A stretch of DNA of 61,919 nt, counting the filler, from Hausera hauseri (taxonomy: Eukaryota), in the NCBI GenBank assembly GCA_046269625.1. It is 12 parts of 12 records of this genome, joined end to end, with 100 filler letters (N's around TTAATTAATTAA, not from the genome) between each part and the next. Parts side by side here need not be neighbours in the genome. Positions count along the whole stretch, not along the records: positions 43,080 to 47,699 come from JBJURY010441468.1; positions 47,800 to 56,430 come from JBJURY010576560.1; positions 56,531 to 61,919 come from JBJURY010264286.1; 9 more parts are not named here. One strand, 5' to 3'. A program made the translations under genes and the position numbers. Numbering within the stretch: position 1 is the stretch's first letter; the number at the start of each line of letters is the position of its first letter. Of the stretch, positions 46,947-60,300 are shown piece by piece. Below the pieces are notes generated by a model that searched no databases, was not told the origin of the DNA, and saw only the letters and a list, made by a program, of their open reading frames with translations.

Positions 46947-48419
46947 GCTTAAAGAGAGATAAATTAAATAAAGATATATCAGGAAGGGCTCAAAAGTAAA
47001 ATACATGAACAAGGCATGAAGATAATATCCATGCATAAGGAAAGCGGTAAAAATTTTCCAACCTGCTGCACAGTCGGAAGACTTTGGTCATCCAGTAATG
47101 GAAGACAAGGAGGTGCAAGTTTGTGGTGGTAACATAGCAAATGTTTACAACAACTGTACCTAAAACTACTACATTTAAACTTGTGTTGAAGAAATACCAA
47201 GATATCAAAAAGAAAGAAAAAAGCAAAAAAAGCCAAAAAAACCAAAACCAAAGAAACAATAAAAACAAAAAAGGAAGAAAAACCACCCTTTCGCCCACAT
47301 AATAATTACAGAATAATGTGTATGTTGTGTAATGAACTCGCAAACATTCACACATATACACACATGCGCACTCAAATTTTCTATATGGTATATATGTATA
47401 AGATTTCACATATATACCACAATTCAAGAGGATGGAAAGTAGAAACCTGTACACTTTAATCCTGACAGACTTTTTATCACTGTGCGTTCGCTCAATTATT
47501 TTAATCTTTTCAATGCCGGACTCCATGCCATTCAGTGAAAATGATTATATTCACTTCACCAAATTCGAATGGGATAGGGATAGGGAAATATAATTTGTTG
47601 AATGGACTTCAGTGAATAACAAGTTTTAATTAAATGCCAACGGAATCATTACATTGGTTTACGTCATACAAATAAATCAGTTGCTATATTAGCAGAATAN
47701 NNNNNNNNNNNNNNNNNNNNNNNNNNNNNNNNNNNNNNNNNNNTTAATTAATTAANNNNNNNNNNNNNNNNNNNNNNNNNNNNNNNNNNNNNNNNNNNNA
47801 AAAAAAAAAAAAAAAAAAACCTACCGATTGTCGGATTTGCCGGAGCCGAAATGTGGTCCGTTCCTATCAGAAATTGGGAAATCGCGATCATATAAATAAA
47901 ATGGGAACTAACCGGCACCGTATTTTACCGGTACCGGTTAATTGTCCCATTATATCCCACAAAATATTTCTTTCAATGTGTTACTGTGGTGATTGGTTAA
48001 TTATGAGAACCAGGCCAGCTGATTTCACAGTTCTTTACGAGTGATCAAAAGTTTCACAGAGCTTTATTTGGAAAATGTTCCGCAGTTCTTCCCTTAATGG
48101 TGCTGTGTGCTCTTGAAAGTGAATTGTCAGTTAAGTTAGAACGATAGACAGACAATGAGAAAGACAAAAGATTTGATAGAGAGACACATAATCTTTATAT
48201 ATATATAAATGGTGCGGCTATTGATACGCTTATTTATTTAATTGTTCGCACTTGTCGTTATCTCATGTTTCTTCTTTTTTCTGATTTTCAGTTTTATTAT
48301 TCGTCTGTTTCGCGTCATAGTTTCCTTCATTCCGCTTAGAGAATGACTTAGTGAGTCACATGACCTTTCAGATAAGGGCCTCGGTTATTTACTGTTATGG
48401 CATATTTAACGATTAATAT

Positions 48420-48754
48420 GGGACGCTGATACTTGAGATCCTTTCGCGATCTCATCAGGGCCAGGAACCAAAACATACTGGCCAAGACCTTTCAACACTT
48501 CCACGCAGGGCGTCATGGAAATAGAAGCGATTCTGGCCAACGTTGGAAGACGCCCATGGTCGCCAATTGAGAGACGGGTCACTTCTAGGAGGCCAAGCAT
48601 TGCACTAAAGCCTGGAGGACCCAGGTCCACCCTACTAGACTCCACTGGGGCAGCAGGAATGCTCAACACAACTACTCCTGAGTCCTTCTTAGGCCTAGAG
48701 AGCTTTTCAGGGCTCATCCAGAAGAGCTGACACTCAGCGATGAGGAGATCAAAC
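48420..48754. mobile_element. 335-bp GC-richer insertion flanked by a 12-bp direct repeat
   Basis: AACGATTAATAT at 48408-48419 and 48755-48766. Confidence 0.65.
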
Positions 48755-48999
48755 AACGATTAATATATGTATACGATTTGTTATTGTTATGTTCTCATTT
48801 GTGTTTTATTTGTTGGTTAGTTTTATGTCAGACCAACGTTGTTGTAGTCCGAACAGTCTCATGTTTGGACCAATCCCCTCATTTCAGTGTGTATTCCAGC
48901 ACACAGTGTGTGACACTTCCAGTTCTCTGTTGTTTAATGAATGCTCTTCTGCTCCCTGTATGATGCTCACGTCTGGAAGCAACATGTTCCACACTAAAT

Positions 49000-49700
49000 T
49001 TCTGAGACCATCGAAGCAAACGGAAATACTTGCAGATAAAACATGGCGTTGGGCAGAGGGAAAAAAGCGGCAGAATTCATAACATCAACATCACGCCAAG
49101 CTTCTGCATTCGGGATAATACTTTGAGTCCAATATATCATTTGAATCTTCCGTCTGGCCTGTCCTTGTAACAGCGTTCAGGATGTCGAATTGCTCGCCAG
49201 CTTGTTACCGTAACCGTGCTTGCCAGTCTGTCTGCACGTTCATTTTCCTTGACTCTCGCATGTCCCGGTACGAAAACGAAAGTCACTTCTTTGCAGCCTT
49301 GACCTCCTTCACGGACTCCAGCCACATCCTACTTAAACAGCCCGTTCTGGCCTTATTAGTCATGTTCATTTAGTCGCTGAGAAAATAGACATTCTGCATC
49401 CCTGGCAAGGCCATTGCCTAGATCACAGACATGATTTCCAAAGTCAAGGCCACACGTGGTCACGGCAAAAGCACCGCTGTTCCCCATAACACCCCACCCC
49501 TCACACATTTTTCTTTGTCGTTCGCTCAGACATTGAGATCAATCTCTCTCACAAATGCGGCGGTCTGTCTTAGCCTTTCCCTGTCGCCGTATAGCTTCTC
49601 ATGTAGTGAGGTGGGGGTTGACCATATCATCTGCCTCGTTGTCACTAAGCTGTGAAATCAATGTACAACACAGATGACGAACCAGCGATCAATCTCTGTA
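49000..49700 (-). mobile_element. Degenerate non-LTR retrotransposon RNase H region (I/R1/Nimb-type)
   Basis: FVFVPGHARVKENERADRLA (WxPGHxGxxGNExADxLA). Confidence 0.75.
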
Positions 49701-50371
49701 CGTAGATTACAGTATGACTTGACCAAAAACTGATCAGAACCTACACTCCGAGTCTCCGCAGCCATTAATGTTTCCTGTCTGCGTTTTTCTGTCTTGTGTG
49801 ATAATGACTGGGTGGATGTACTCATGCCATGCCATCGTTTTTTCTTTATGAAGTGGGTATTCTTTGCCAGCAGAGATACGAATGTATTCTCTCTGCCTCT
49901 GTACCTTTACATACGGTACACGGGTTGCCAGCCAATCAGACCATCATTATTTTCCTTTTACGACAGGCAGATGGAAGCTGTGTGCCTACTTTTCTTGTTA
50001 TATCCCGAGGTCGAATTGCGTACACTTGATTCTGTAACCCATGGTTTGAAAGTCAAGTAGGAATAACACAGAGCTGCTTGCTTTGTCCCGTGTACGTCCA
50101 AAAATGAAATACATAGCTTCATTTTAGACTTTTCTAGTCTCAGTTCGCGTTAGGTGAATACCTGGAATTGTGAGAGCGTATTCGTATTCCGTTACCGGGA
50201 TGCGCCACGAGAAAGTACCGAGAGGTCTTGGCCAGTTTGTTGACGAATATAACGAAAGGATGTGTCTTCGAATCCATTGGTGGTCAGTAAAATGTTTATT
50301 TTTACGAGGGTCAGTGCCTAGCATTTAGCAACAATTCTGATCCGTCGCGCAACAGTTCTAATCCGATTTGT

Positions 50372-51091
50372 TTGTCAGCTTTGTTTACCTCTACCACCAC
50401 ACCAGTTTTGCTCCCGGGATCCATGGAGGTCTGCTCGGGTAGGGAGAATCAGTTGCTCCTCGCCGCGGTCGGCAACTACGCCGGCTACCTGGCCAGGAAG
50501 GTCCAGGCCAACTCCTCTGTGGCCGAGTGCTGCAAGCAGGAGCTTGCCCAGCAGGAGGAGATGGAGATTGCCGTGGAGTTTGAGAGGGGCGACTCGCCCT
50601 CTGTGATGTTCGACGCCCTGGTCGAGCTGGTCGACAGGGGAGAGCTGGAGATGGGCCGGGCGGTCCTGAAGCGGCCATCTCTCCCCATGGCCCACATGGT
50701 GTCCTTCGGGATGTCGATGTGGGACTCCCTGATGTGCAGGGAGGATAAGAAGGAGCGCAGGGTGAGGTTCCTCTCCCTTGCCATGCGCCACAGGGACGGG
50801 TTCAGGCAGCTGCTGGAGTTCCTGGCGACCTCAGACCCGACCCTGCAGGGGTACAGGTGCCAGGAGGGGCACAGGCTGGCCAATACCATCTTGCCGCACA
50901 TCAGCAGGTCCCTCTTCAACTGTTTTGGTGCTATTTTCTCCAACGACGTGACTTCAGAAGCGAGGAAGAATAAGGCCTTTGAGCAGCCGACCGGCAGGAA
51001 GAGGAGCAGTGTCGAGGAGGGCAGGAATGAGACGGCGAGGGACAGGAACTTGTACAAGTCTAGGAAGCTGACCGGGACCCACAAGTCATAG
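50372..51091 (+). pseudogene. C-terminal part of a P-element/THAP9-like transposase, GC-rich
   Basis: NYAGYLARKV....CC..L...LVDRGEL....LKRPSL resembles the YxAGYxxxK...CxxC...GgLxxPS tail of P-like transposases; basic C-terminus. Confidence 0.55.
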
Positions 51092-51549
51092 GCCAACAAA
51101 ATGCAAATTTGGCTTTTGTTGAGTAAAATTAAGATGTTTCTGCATGCTTTCCTCAAGTATTAACTTTCTGATATGAAAATTGAGTGATTTATTAGCTGTT
51201 AAAAACTTACGTCAAAATTGCACTAAATAAAAAAAAGTACATGTAGCCATTTCGAGCAAAAACTTATATGATATGTTAAATATTGCTATTGATCCTGAAA
51301 ATAAAGGTGATTATCTCTGCATTAGGTGATTTTTGTGCATCTAGCGTAAAATCTGAGGATTTTAGAGCCATTTTAACTTTTGTTGTACTTATATTAAAAA
51401 AATAATTAATTGTGATATTATTAGAGAACGACTTTGAATTTTTTGATGCCGCTACTCATGGAGACTCATATATGCCTAAGGGAGGTGCCTGTTTTGGTTT
51501 TAGGTCGCTAGCTGCTTTCGTTTTGAAAATATCTAAATTTTAAATTTTT

Positions 51550-54500
51550 GCAAATCGGCCCCCTACGGATTGGCCCCGCGCCCCGTTCCCCGTCAACTAA
51601 TAGTGAAGTCTGTGGATAAAGCAACACACATGGGACGGAACATGAATAAATCACCGGCATCAAAAAGCGTATTTGAAAAATACCTACAGCATATGCGAAG
51701 TGGGCTGGACACCCAGGCCACACATTTATTTCAGAGTTATGTTTGTTTTATAAATTGTCTCATTATTTACGAGTATCTTTATCCGTATCAAAATATTTCA
51801 AGTTATTTTTGGGAAATATTCTGATTTTGGGTTATCATTTTTTCAGAGTCTCTATCTGTAACAGACTATGGAGAAAGGAAGTCAAAAGAAAAGAAAAGGA
51901 GGTGCTGAAAAAGAGCGTGATCGAAAGAGGAAAAAGTTGGAAGAGAGTGCATCACAGTGCAGAAACCTTTTGGATCTGTTTAAAAATACCAATGTTGTAT
52001 CTGTAGACATCAGTGAAGATGATAAGGACATTGGTTTGGAAAGTGGACCTTCAGGAGTTAATGTAGTGACAATCGATTCATTCGCAGCTGAGTCGGCAGA
52101 TGACCATGTGGCGGAAAAAGCCTCTGAAGTAGTGCAAAATGTTGACCAGGAAAAGGTGTTTTCAGCTATAAAAGATGGTGCATCTGAAATTACAGAGGGA
52201 ATCTCAGTTGTCTACTTCAAGAAACCAAGAAACTTCAAAGAAAGTTTATTGTTTTGGAATTACCATCCAAATCAGAAAACTGAAAATCAAGTTGTCAAAA
52301 GGTCTTTTTTTCGAAAAGATGGCACAAACAGATGGTGGTTGTCTTACAACAAGGAAAATCATTCGCTTCATTGTTCAGTATGCATAGCGTTTTTGAGCAC
52401 ATCAGAAAATTCTACGTTTATCAAAGGATTAACTGACTGGCGCCATGTGCATACTCGGGTTGAAGAACACGAACGCTCTTCCTGTCATTTGAAATGTTCT
52501 ACGGCTTATTTAGTAGAACAAAAGAAGTCCAGCATTTCTCATTTGCTTGCACGTAGCCATCATGATGAAATTGGAAAAAGACGACAAGTGATGGAAAGAG
52601 TTGTGGATGTTGTTAAACTCATTGGCAAGAGAGGACTCAGTTACAGAGGAAGCAAAGAGGAGGCAGCATACACGCTTGAAAATGATGAGATCGACCATGG
52701 AACATTCCTGGAAGTTATGAAACTACTTGGGAAGTACGATTCTTGTACAGCTGATCATCTCTCCCAAGTTGTTAAAAAAAGCAAAAAGTCACACGATGAA
52801 AAAGCAAAAGGTTCACGAGGTCGAGGCGCTTTGATAACTTTACTATCGAAATCTACAGTAAACTCTGTAATCACAGTTATCCGGGATAAGATACGTCAGT
52901 GGATTTCTGCAGAAATTACAGACATGTTTTCTGTTGAAATTGATACCACTCAAGACATTTCAACGCAAGACCAGTGCTCTGTTATTGTACGTTATGTTGA
53001 TAGCTCTGGTGATATCCAAGAAAGGTTGGTAAGCGTAGTGAAATGTGATGAATCTTCTGGTGAAGCTTTCGTGCAACTTGTTTCTGAAGTAATGTCAACA
53101 CTCAAACTTGACCTACGTAACTGCATCGGAAATTCGACTGACGGTGCAGCAAACATGCAAGGTCGTTACAAAGGCTTCAGTACTCTACTATCAAAGGAGA
53201 CTTCAAATCACTTACATGTTTGGTGCCACGCACATGTGTTAAATTTGGTTGTGACTGAAGCTACAAGTGTTGTGGTGACTACTTCATCATTGTTCTCACT
53301 ACTTAATGACATAGGAGTATTTTTTCGAGAATCGCATCAGCGAATGAACTTGTGGATTCAGCACTCTTCTACTGTAAAACGAATCGGGATGATTGGAGAT
53401 ACCAGATGGTGGTCAAAGGATGCCGCTTTAAAAAAGGTTTTTGGTTCGTTCAATAATCCAAATGGAGCACTTTTCAAAGAAATCATTATAACTCTTAATG
53501 CCATTAAAAACAAAGATGAGATACGTGCAAACGTTAAAGCCATGGCACATGGGTACATTGAGAGTCTCCTGAAGTTCGAAACGGTTCTCACTGGTGAAAT
53601 ATATCTGCGGATATTTTCTTACACCACACCGCTTTCAAAGTATCTGCAAACTGACTGTGCACAACATGGTGGATCACTTGCTTGGTAATATGCAGAAGAT
53701 GCGAGAAGATTTCCAAGCTTGTCATGATGCAGCTGAAAAGTTTGCTCAATGGGCAAATGATCAACTGAATGAAACTGACACAGATCTCATCATGGAAGAG
53801 ACCCTTCCTATAAGACGACAAAAACGGCGCAAATGCATGGCTGCAGAACTATCTGTTGATGAGGCTACATCAGCCTCTACTCCATTTGATAAGTATCGGA
53901 TTGAAGTATACACCCGTATAGTGGACACTATAGTGAGCAGCATTGAACAACGATTTGACAGATCATCAAGCTCAACATTGTACGCTGATTTGTCACTCCT
54001 TCATCCACGAAACTTTGGAGAAGTCCCACCGGCATCATCAATGGAAGACCTTCACAAATATTTGCAAAGATTTAATGAGGATGCAACGACAGAAGAACTA
54101 CGCACAGAACTTCGAAACTTTATGGAACAGTGGCCAACACTGAAGCAATCGGTGGTGGATGTTTATCCGGCACAGAATGACAATCACGATGACAATGATT
54201 TAGGAAGTGCTATGCCTTCTACATGTGATTCGTGTAAAGCCTGTCCTCTTTGCTGCTACAAGGTCCTCCTCAAGTTAAAAATCTTCACTGATGCCTACAG
54301 AAACATTGGGCTTGCATACAAGTTTCTTCTAACTTTGCCCGTGTCGCAAGTAGCGTGTGAACGTTCTTTCTCTGCTTTGAAAAGAATCAAAAGCCGCTTA
54401 CGAAGTACAATGACGCAAGAACATCTTGAAGCTTTCATGCTGATGTCTGTTGAAAAAAAACATTCTTTCAAAAATTGACAATAAGGACATAATCGATGGT

Positions 54501-55053
54501 GTTGCTGCCAGCAGTGAACAGCGCAAAAACTTACTCTCTTAAGTCGATATTACATTTGCGAGCTTTCTCTATTTCTCTTAAGTTTTTATGATTTTATTTT
54601 ACATTCAGAATCCTTTATTGAATAAACGCTAGTCGTTGTTGAGAATTAACTGACTGAATTCGAGAGAGGAAACTCGCAAAAGGTAAAACCGTCTGAAAAT
54701 GTTCTTGGTACAATGAAAATAAAGCATTTATTTTCAATAACACATATTTTTTCTTTCATATTTTCTTTGCTGATTATGCGAAACAAGATTCACTACTTTG
54801 TTAAAACGAACTTGAGGGGATCAGGCAAAACCGCGCGTTTATTACATCCAATGCGTTTAAGACCTTACTAAGTTATACTTCTAAGCGTAAGTTAAGAAGT
54901 AGCACATGAAAAGTCCCTTATGTCCGCAATATTGTCATATATAGGATATATCCTAGGATTTGTAAGACGAGTTGCTACCGTAGGCCTATTTTAGTGAGAA
55001 GGGCCGCTCTGTAAATAATGCCCGGGCCGCTTTAAAGCTCCAGTCCGCCCCTG
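51550..55053 (+). mobile_element. hAT DNA transposon; right end intact, left TIR not recognisable
   Basis: Right end CCAGTCCGCCCCTG (reverse complement CAGGGGCGGACTGG) with subterminal GGGCCGCT repeats. Confidence 0.75.
51868..54541 (+). pseudogene. hAT (ZMYM1-like) transposase; frameshifts at about 53655 and 54460
   Basis: TTF Zn finger (WLSY...CSVC...HERSSCH), DTTQD, DGAANMQG, CHAHVLNL, TRW, dimerisation domain LPVSQVACERSFSALKRIKSRLRSTM. Confidence 0.95.
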
Positions 55054-55226
55054 GGTATGGCCTGTTCGGAGTCGGAATATAGTTTACCTATTCTTTTCTG
55101 TTCAGTTGGTGGAAGCCGTCATTTTTGGTGTCCTCTAGATGATCTTTCTTCAACTTTCCTCTGGATTTGCTCCTAATTATTTCTTTGCCTCTCAATCGGA
55201 TTTGAAACTAGCTACTTTTATATATA

Positions 55227-55290
55227 TGACTCAGTGGTTAGGACACTCCCCTCGGAATCCGAAGATAAGCAATTCGAATACGGCACAAGA
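55227..55290 (+). mobile_element. tRNA-derived SINE head (degenerate)
   Basis: A-box-like TGACTCAGTGG and B-box-like ATTCGAATAC about 35 nt apart; no cloverleaf acceptor stem. Confidence 0.45.
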
Positions 55291-57169
55291 TCCCACTCAC
55301 GATGGACTCGCCATCTGTTGTAATTTTAGTGGGGCCATTGAAACGTTGTCATCTCTTCCTGACGGTCATAAGCACCACAAGGTATGTGGGTCACATTTTA
55401 AGTTTCTTCTATACATGGGCCCCTGACAGGAAACTATTTTTAAGTGACTCAATTTGTTCAAGAGTAATTCGTAACGTGCCTTGCAACGCGCATCCGCCTC
55501 GCTTTACAATAATTTATAATCGTTCAGTTTCTAATTTGGAAATATTATTTCTTGTATGGGAAATACATTATTATATGCGCTTTTGAGTGTAAGGTCTGGT
55601 CTCAAATGATAGTGTGGGCTATAGTATGAGTATGTTTTGTTTGTTTTCGTTCCGGCATGTCCACTCCGTGAACTGCGTGTTCCCGAGGTACTAGACAAGG
55701 CACGAAGCTTCCCTCTGGGGGTCCAGCCCATGCTTTTCATGTCGGTTTGAGTGCGCCTGAGACTTGGCATCGAAAATTGCCATATAGTGCGGACGTCTCT
55801 AGCACAGTCTAAGCTTTACTCACCGAACCATCGTCTGAACCTTGGCATTTCAATAAAATAGGGACAACCAATAGGAGCGGCCAACGGACATCTCTTACTG
55901 CTCGAGTGCAGAAAGAGTCGGCAGAGCCCTATCTGTTCCAAGCAGGGATCACCAACATCCTGTGATTGGACTCCGTGAAGGTAGGGTTGCCTTGCTGTCA
56001 CACCTAGTTTGAGTATAACGGCTGATCCCAAATGTCACGGGGGACTATAGGGTCGGGGGTCAGCTTGTAATTATCAGACAGAGAACCAATGTTATTCCGA
56101 GAATGCATGCATGTAATCATCCGCCACGTCCACACAGGACACAAAGGTAACTGGTATCTGGCACACAAAATATAGGAAAAATATATAACTCTGTAATGTG
56201 TTTCCTGTCTTGCAATGCTATAGTTCTGACAGCGTAGGCGTACAAATAAACAAACTTTATTTTCAATAGTGTGAAAATTTGGCACGTAGGCCCGCCTTAC
56301 ATTCTGCCTTTCCTGTCTCACAAAACAATTATCGTGCTCATTACAATTAGAATTATAAGCTACAAAAAGAATGCATGTCATGAGCATAATCTGTTACACA
56401 ATCTATTACACAATCTATTAATTATACTAGNNNNNNNNNNNNNNNNNNNNNNNNNNNNNNNNNNNNNNNNNNNNTTAATTAATTAANNNNNNNNNNNNNN
56501 NNNNNNNNNNNNNNNNNNNNNNNNNNNNNNAAGAAAAATAAAAACGTCATTTACCGATTGCATTTCAAGTTTCATCTTTAGGTGACGAATCTCTCTGTCT
56601 TTCACCGCAATTACAAAACTTTCTACAGCACCACCAGATTTACACACAGGGAAATTCTGTTCCTGTGGATGCTTGTGTGCAGCTGTGTGAGATAATTCCT
56701 GATGTGTTGACAACTTGTGTGATGAATGCTGACAATCTTCCAGACTTCCCACCTGCTGATGCTCCAACTGACCACCACTGTGTCTCTGTTCTCTCTTCCG
56801 ATCCTGAAGCTCAAGTTGGAGTTTCTCTAGATACGCCTATCAAATACATGTTATAAACCAATGGGTTTCAATATTTTTCATAGTACATTAGTATGATGGT
56901 AACGCTGAAATTTCAAAACACACTCTCACTTTTTAAGAACATATTTTATCAGAAAGCAAACAATGACCCTACTGATAAATGATGTTCATGGTAAAATGTG
57001 TGGCATGACAAACAACTGCTTTTGGGAACAATTTAAAATAAATTGTTTGCACACAAAGGAAGATGATTACAAATTTGGGATTTAGCTGAGAGAAAATCAA
57101 ATCAACTACTACCACTACAGTATATCTTCTAACATCAGCTGCACCCTCAACAATCCTTCTTAGGGTTAT

Positions 57170-57350
57170 CTTCTTCTTCTTCATTCAGTTTCGTATGCTC
57201 AGTGTCTAGACAAGGTGGGTTGCCTCTATGAATCTGGTCATCAGCAGGCGATCCTCATAGCTTCCCCACAGCTTTTCTTTCATGCTTTTTTGTTCTGGCG
57301 TCCTTGGTCTTTAGGAGAGAAGAACATTCCAGGGGTCAGTCTGTGACCCT
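57170..57350 (-). mobile_element. 3' end of a LINE with a (GAA)n tail
   Basis: KLWGSYEDRLLMTRFIEATHLV* followed by a short UTR and GAAGAAGAAGAAG. Confidence 0.65.
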
Positions 57351-60300
57351 ACAGAACAGACGAGAAGATTTTAGCAGGAGTGTTACAAAAATAAAAAGCG
57401 AGGTGTAACCGGCACCGAACGTTCTTCAAGCGCAGCGGCTGCAAACTTTCAGGGTCTCAGCTTCTCACCTCAGGGATGCATTAATTAAGTCGTCATGCTG
57501 ACATCTGAATGGAAGACGCGACGTCGACTCCTACACTTTCTTTTCATCTGTGCACTGAGAAGCCTGGGGCTGCTGACATTTAATCAGCCCAAAGAACAAC
57601 GCTCATGTGGACTCGTCAAAAGTCTGAGAAAGTTAGGATGAAACTTTTTGGGTTTTAGTCAGAAACCAAGCAGACGGTTGAGGCTCTTCATTAGGGGTGT
57701 CAATGCAAAAGCACTGTTGCATCTTTAGAATTAGTTCAATAAAAATCAAATCTCATTATACAGAAATACAATGTGCAAATACATCATAGAACTCGAACAG
57801 AAACTGTGAGTGACTGCTTTCAGACCAAGTTTGCAAAAAAACTACACATTGTTATGTGGGAGAAACTGGGACACAATGATGCATATCTGGTTTAACAAAT
57901 TATAATTTATTCATAATTAAACATAATAACAGAATATAATATATATAATGGAGCCAGAGTTCTTAATTAAATCTTAGATATAGGCATAAATTTCATTTTC
58001 CTAACATTTTACATCTTAGTAACATAAATTCAAAGTGTCTTTGTTTTCTGCTGGCATACCATCAACAATTCAGGATTTAATATCAAATACCTGTCATTTT
58101 ATTCCTGGTTCCCTTCGCTTTATTCGTGCAACAGAGGGCGGGATAGCTGAGGCATTCTAGGCACTATGTTCCAGCACTTCTTGGATATCATTTTTTGTAG
58201 GAAGATATCAATGTCCACCAATTCTTTCAATTGGTTGTTTCACGCAGCCTGGTTGATATGGGAACGGTGGTCGGACTCTTCGTTACGGTCTGAGGTTCAA
58301 TGGAATAAAATATATACCTTCATATTTATATCTTTACTATCGTTGACAATTCGTTCGACAAGTCCATGAGATCAGATTATTTATTCGTAAGGAAGCTATT
58401 TCCAACCTTCATATTGCGTGGTCTTTTTAGAAGTATCTTCTCTTACAAGACTATCTCTTCTCTTTTTCACTTTTTCGCACACTACTTGTTTCTCATATCA
58501 TTCTTTTTTATGTGGGTGTTTCTCCCTTTTTTATTACTCCAAAGCAACCAACCTGAAATTACGTAGGGCGGTCCTCTGGTGAAGGGTTCCAAAAGTTACG
58601 TCCCCCGGACTTTCTCATTTGGCCTCTGGATCCTTAACAGTCTTTTAGCTCCGACCCCCATTGCATATTTAATGTAGGGTCATGAGGTCAGTCCGCCCTG
58701 GTAGACTTATTGTCTCTGCTGGTCAAATCTCGACCAGGTGGTCATCCCTTCTCTGCTGCACATTAACGGCCACACTCAAAAGGTCTGCAAATTGCCCCTC
58801 ATAAATTTTGTGTGCCTATAGTGTCAAACTCTCATAGTTTTCGCTTTCGTCCTCGTAAATCTGTTGTCATCCTCATTCCACTATCTTGCACTTTTATCAA
58901 GCTTTCCCTTTTCTTCTCCTTTTTTGGTATGTGTAATTATGCCTCGTAAATAGCACACCCTGTCCTCTGTTGCAACGTGGGAGACATTTTCTTAGTCCCC
59001 AATTAAATATTGACATTTCTCATCCCCTCTTATACAAATTGCATATGGACTAAATGTCGTATCACGACATTATCCCGGGAGACAACGAAAAGAAAGACAC
59101 CCTGTACATCTAAATGACATATCATACATCATATCAATACATAGATAAACAAATAACACACTGGCAGAACAAAATGAATACCTTACTGGTACCCCTGGCT
59201 CCCAATATGAACTGCAGATGTTACAAACATACGAGTCATCACCCACACCGGTGACTCGCAATTTTTACGAGGAAAAAAAAATATAATAACCTACAATACA
59301 TATTATATAATACCAATACATCCTCTGAAACATACCACTTTACAAGTACAATTTTTCACGTTATATCTTTACACCAAAATAAGCAATTCAAAATACAATT
59401 ATTGACCCTTGTTTACATAGCATAGTATATTTATATCTAAATCATGTTATATCTTAATATTTACAATAATACTTAAACCTCATTGAATGATTCCCGTAGA
59501 GCAACTTTCGTATTAAAACAGAAACTATTCTGCAATACGCGCTTTCAACTTAAATTATTGAATTGTCACACATATCTATATCTACATTTAAATCAATATT
59601 ACCCATTAGAATATTACATCTTAGAAACAGCAAGTACATATTTCTGTCATATTTATGTATTTACAACATTAGCACCTGATTTATTATTCAACAATTATTG
59701 TTTATTTTACTGCGACATTTTATCCTCAATATAAAATTTCTTCATGTAAATAAAATACTTCTCCCAATAATTTATATTTCATATATTTGCTCGAATCAAT
59801 TTGTACGAATACATTTGTTTTATTAATGCATCGCAATGCAATGTGTGGGAATCTTATCGGTCACTTGTGGTGAAGAATGAATCCGAACAAAATCCCCTAT
59901 AACTCCGTTCCTTTTAACTGTCCTGACTGCGTGGATGCGATAAGATCTGTAAAGCAGAACTTTTTCTCACCCAATAATTACTTCTTTTTAACTGTCCTCT
60001 CGCACTTATAACCAATAGTTAACGACCTGTACAAACGATCATTAGCGAGCGGGCTTCGGACCCCTCGCTGACTCAATATTCGTTCCCCCTGAATGAATGA
60101 ATTGACGGGCAGTGGAAAGAACACGTGCTACAGATCTAGCCGTCCTTTGAAGGTAAGTTCGCTTTAAAATTCCATGACATCTTATTTACTTTCATTATTT
60201 TTAAATCCCAACTTCATGAGTCGTTTATATTAATACCCTTTTATTTAGTATTTCTTTTCAGGTTGCCTGAAATAATTTCCTGCCTGTCCTTGTGAACCAT

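Noticed and set aside
46979-47526. Phe-rich multi-TM ORFs
   Set aside because: Largely the translation of the A-rich tract at 47205-47285 on the opposite strand.
50375-51156. Three overlapping minus-strand ORFs (138, 95 and 223 aa)
   Set aside because: Shadow frames of the GC3-rich plus-strand ORF.
55227-55290. tRNA gene
   Set aside because: Only degenerate A and B boxes, with no acceptor or anticodon stems; treated as a SINE head.
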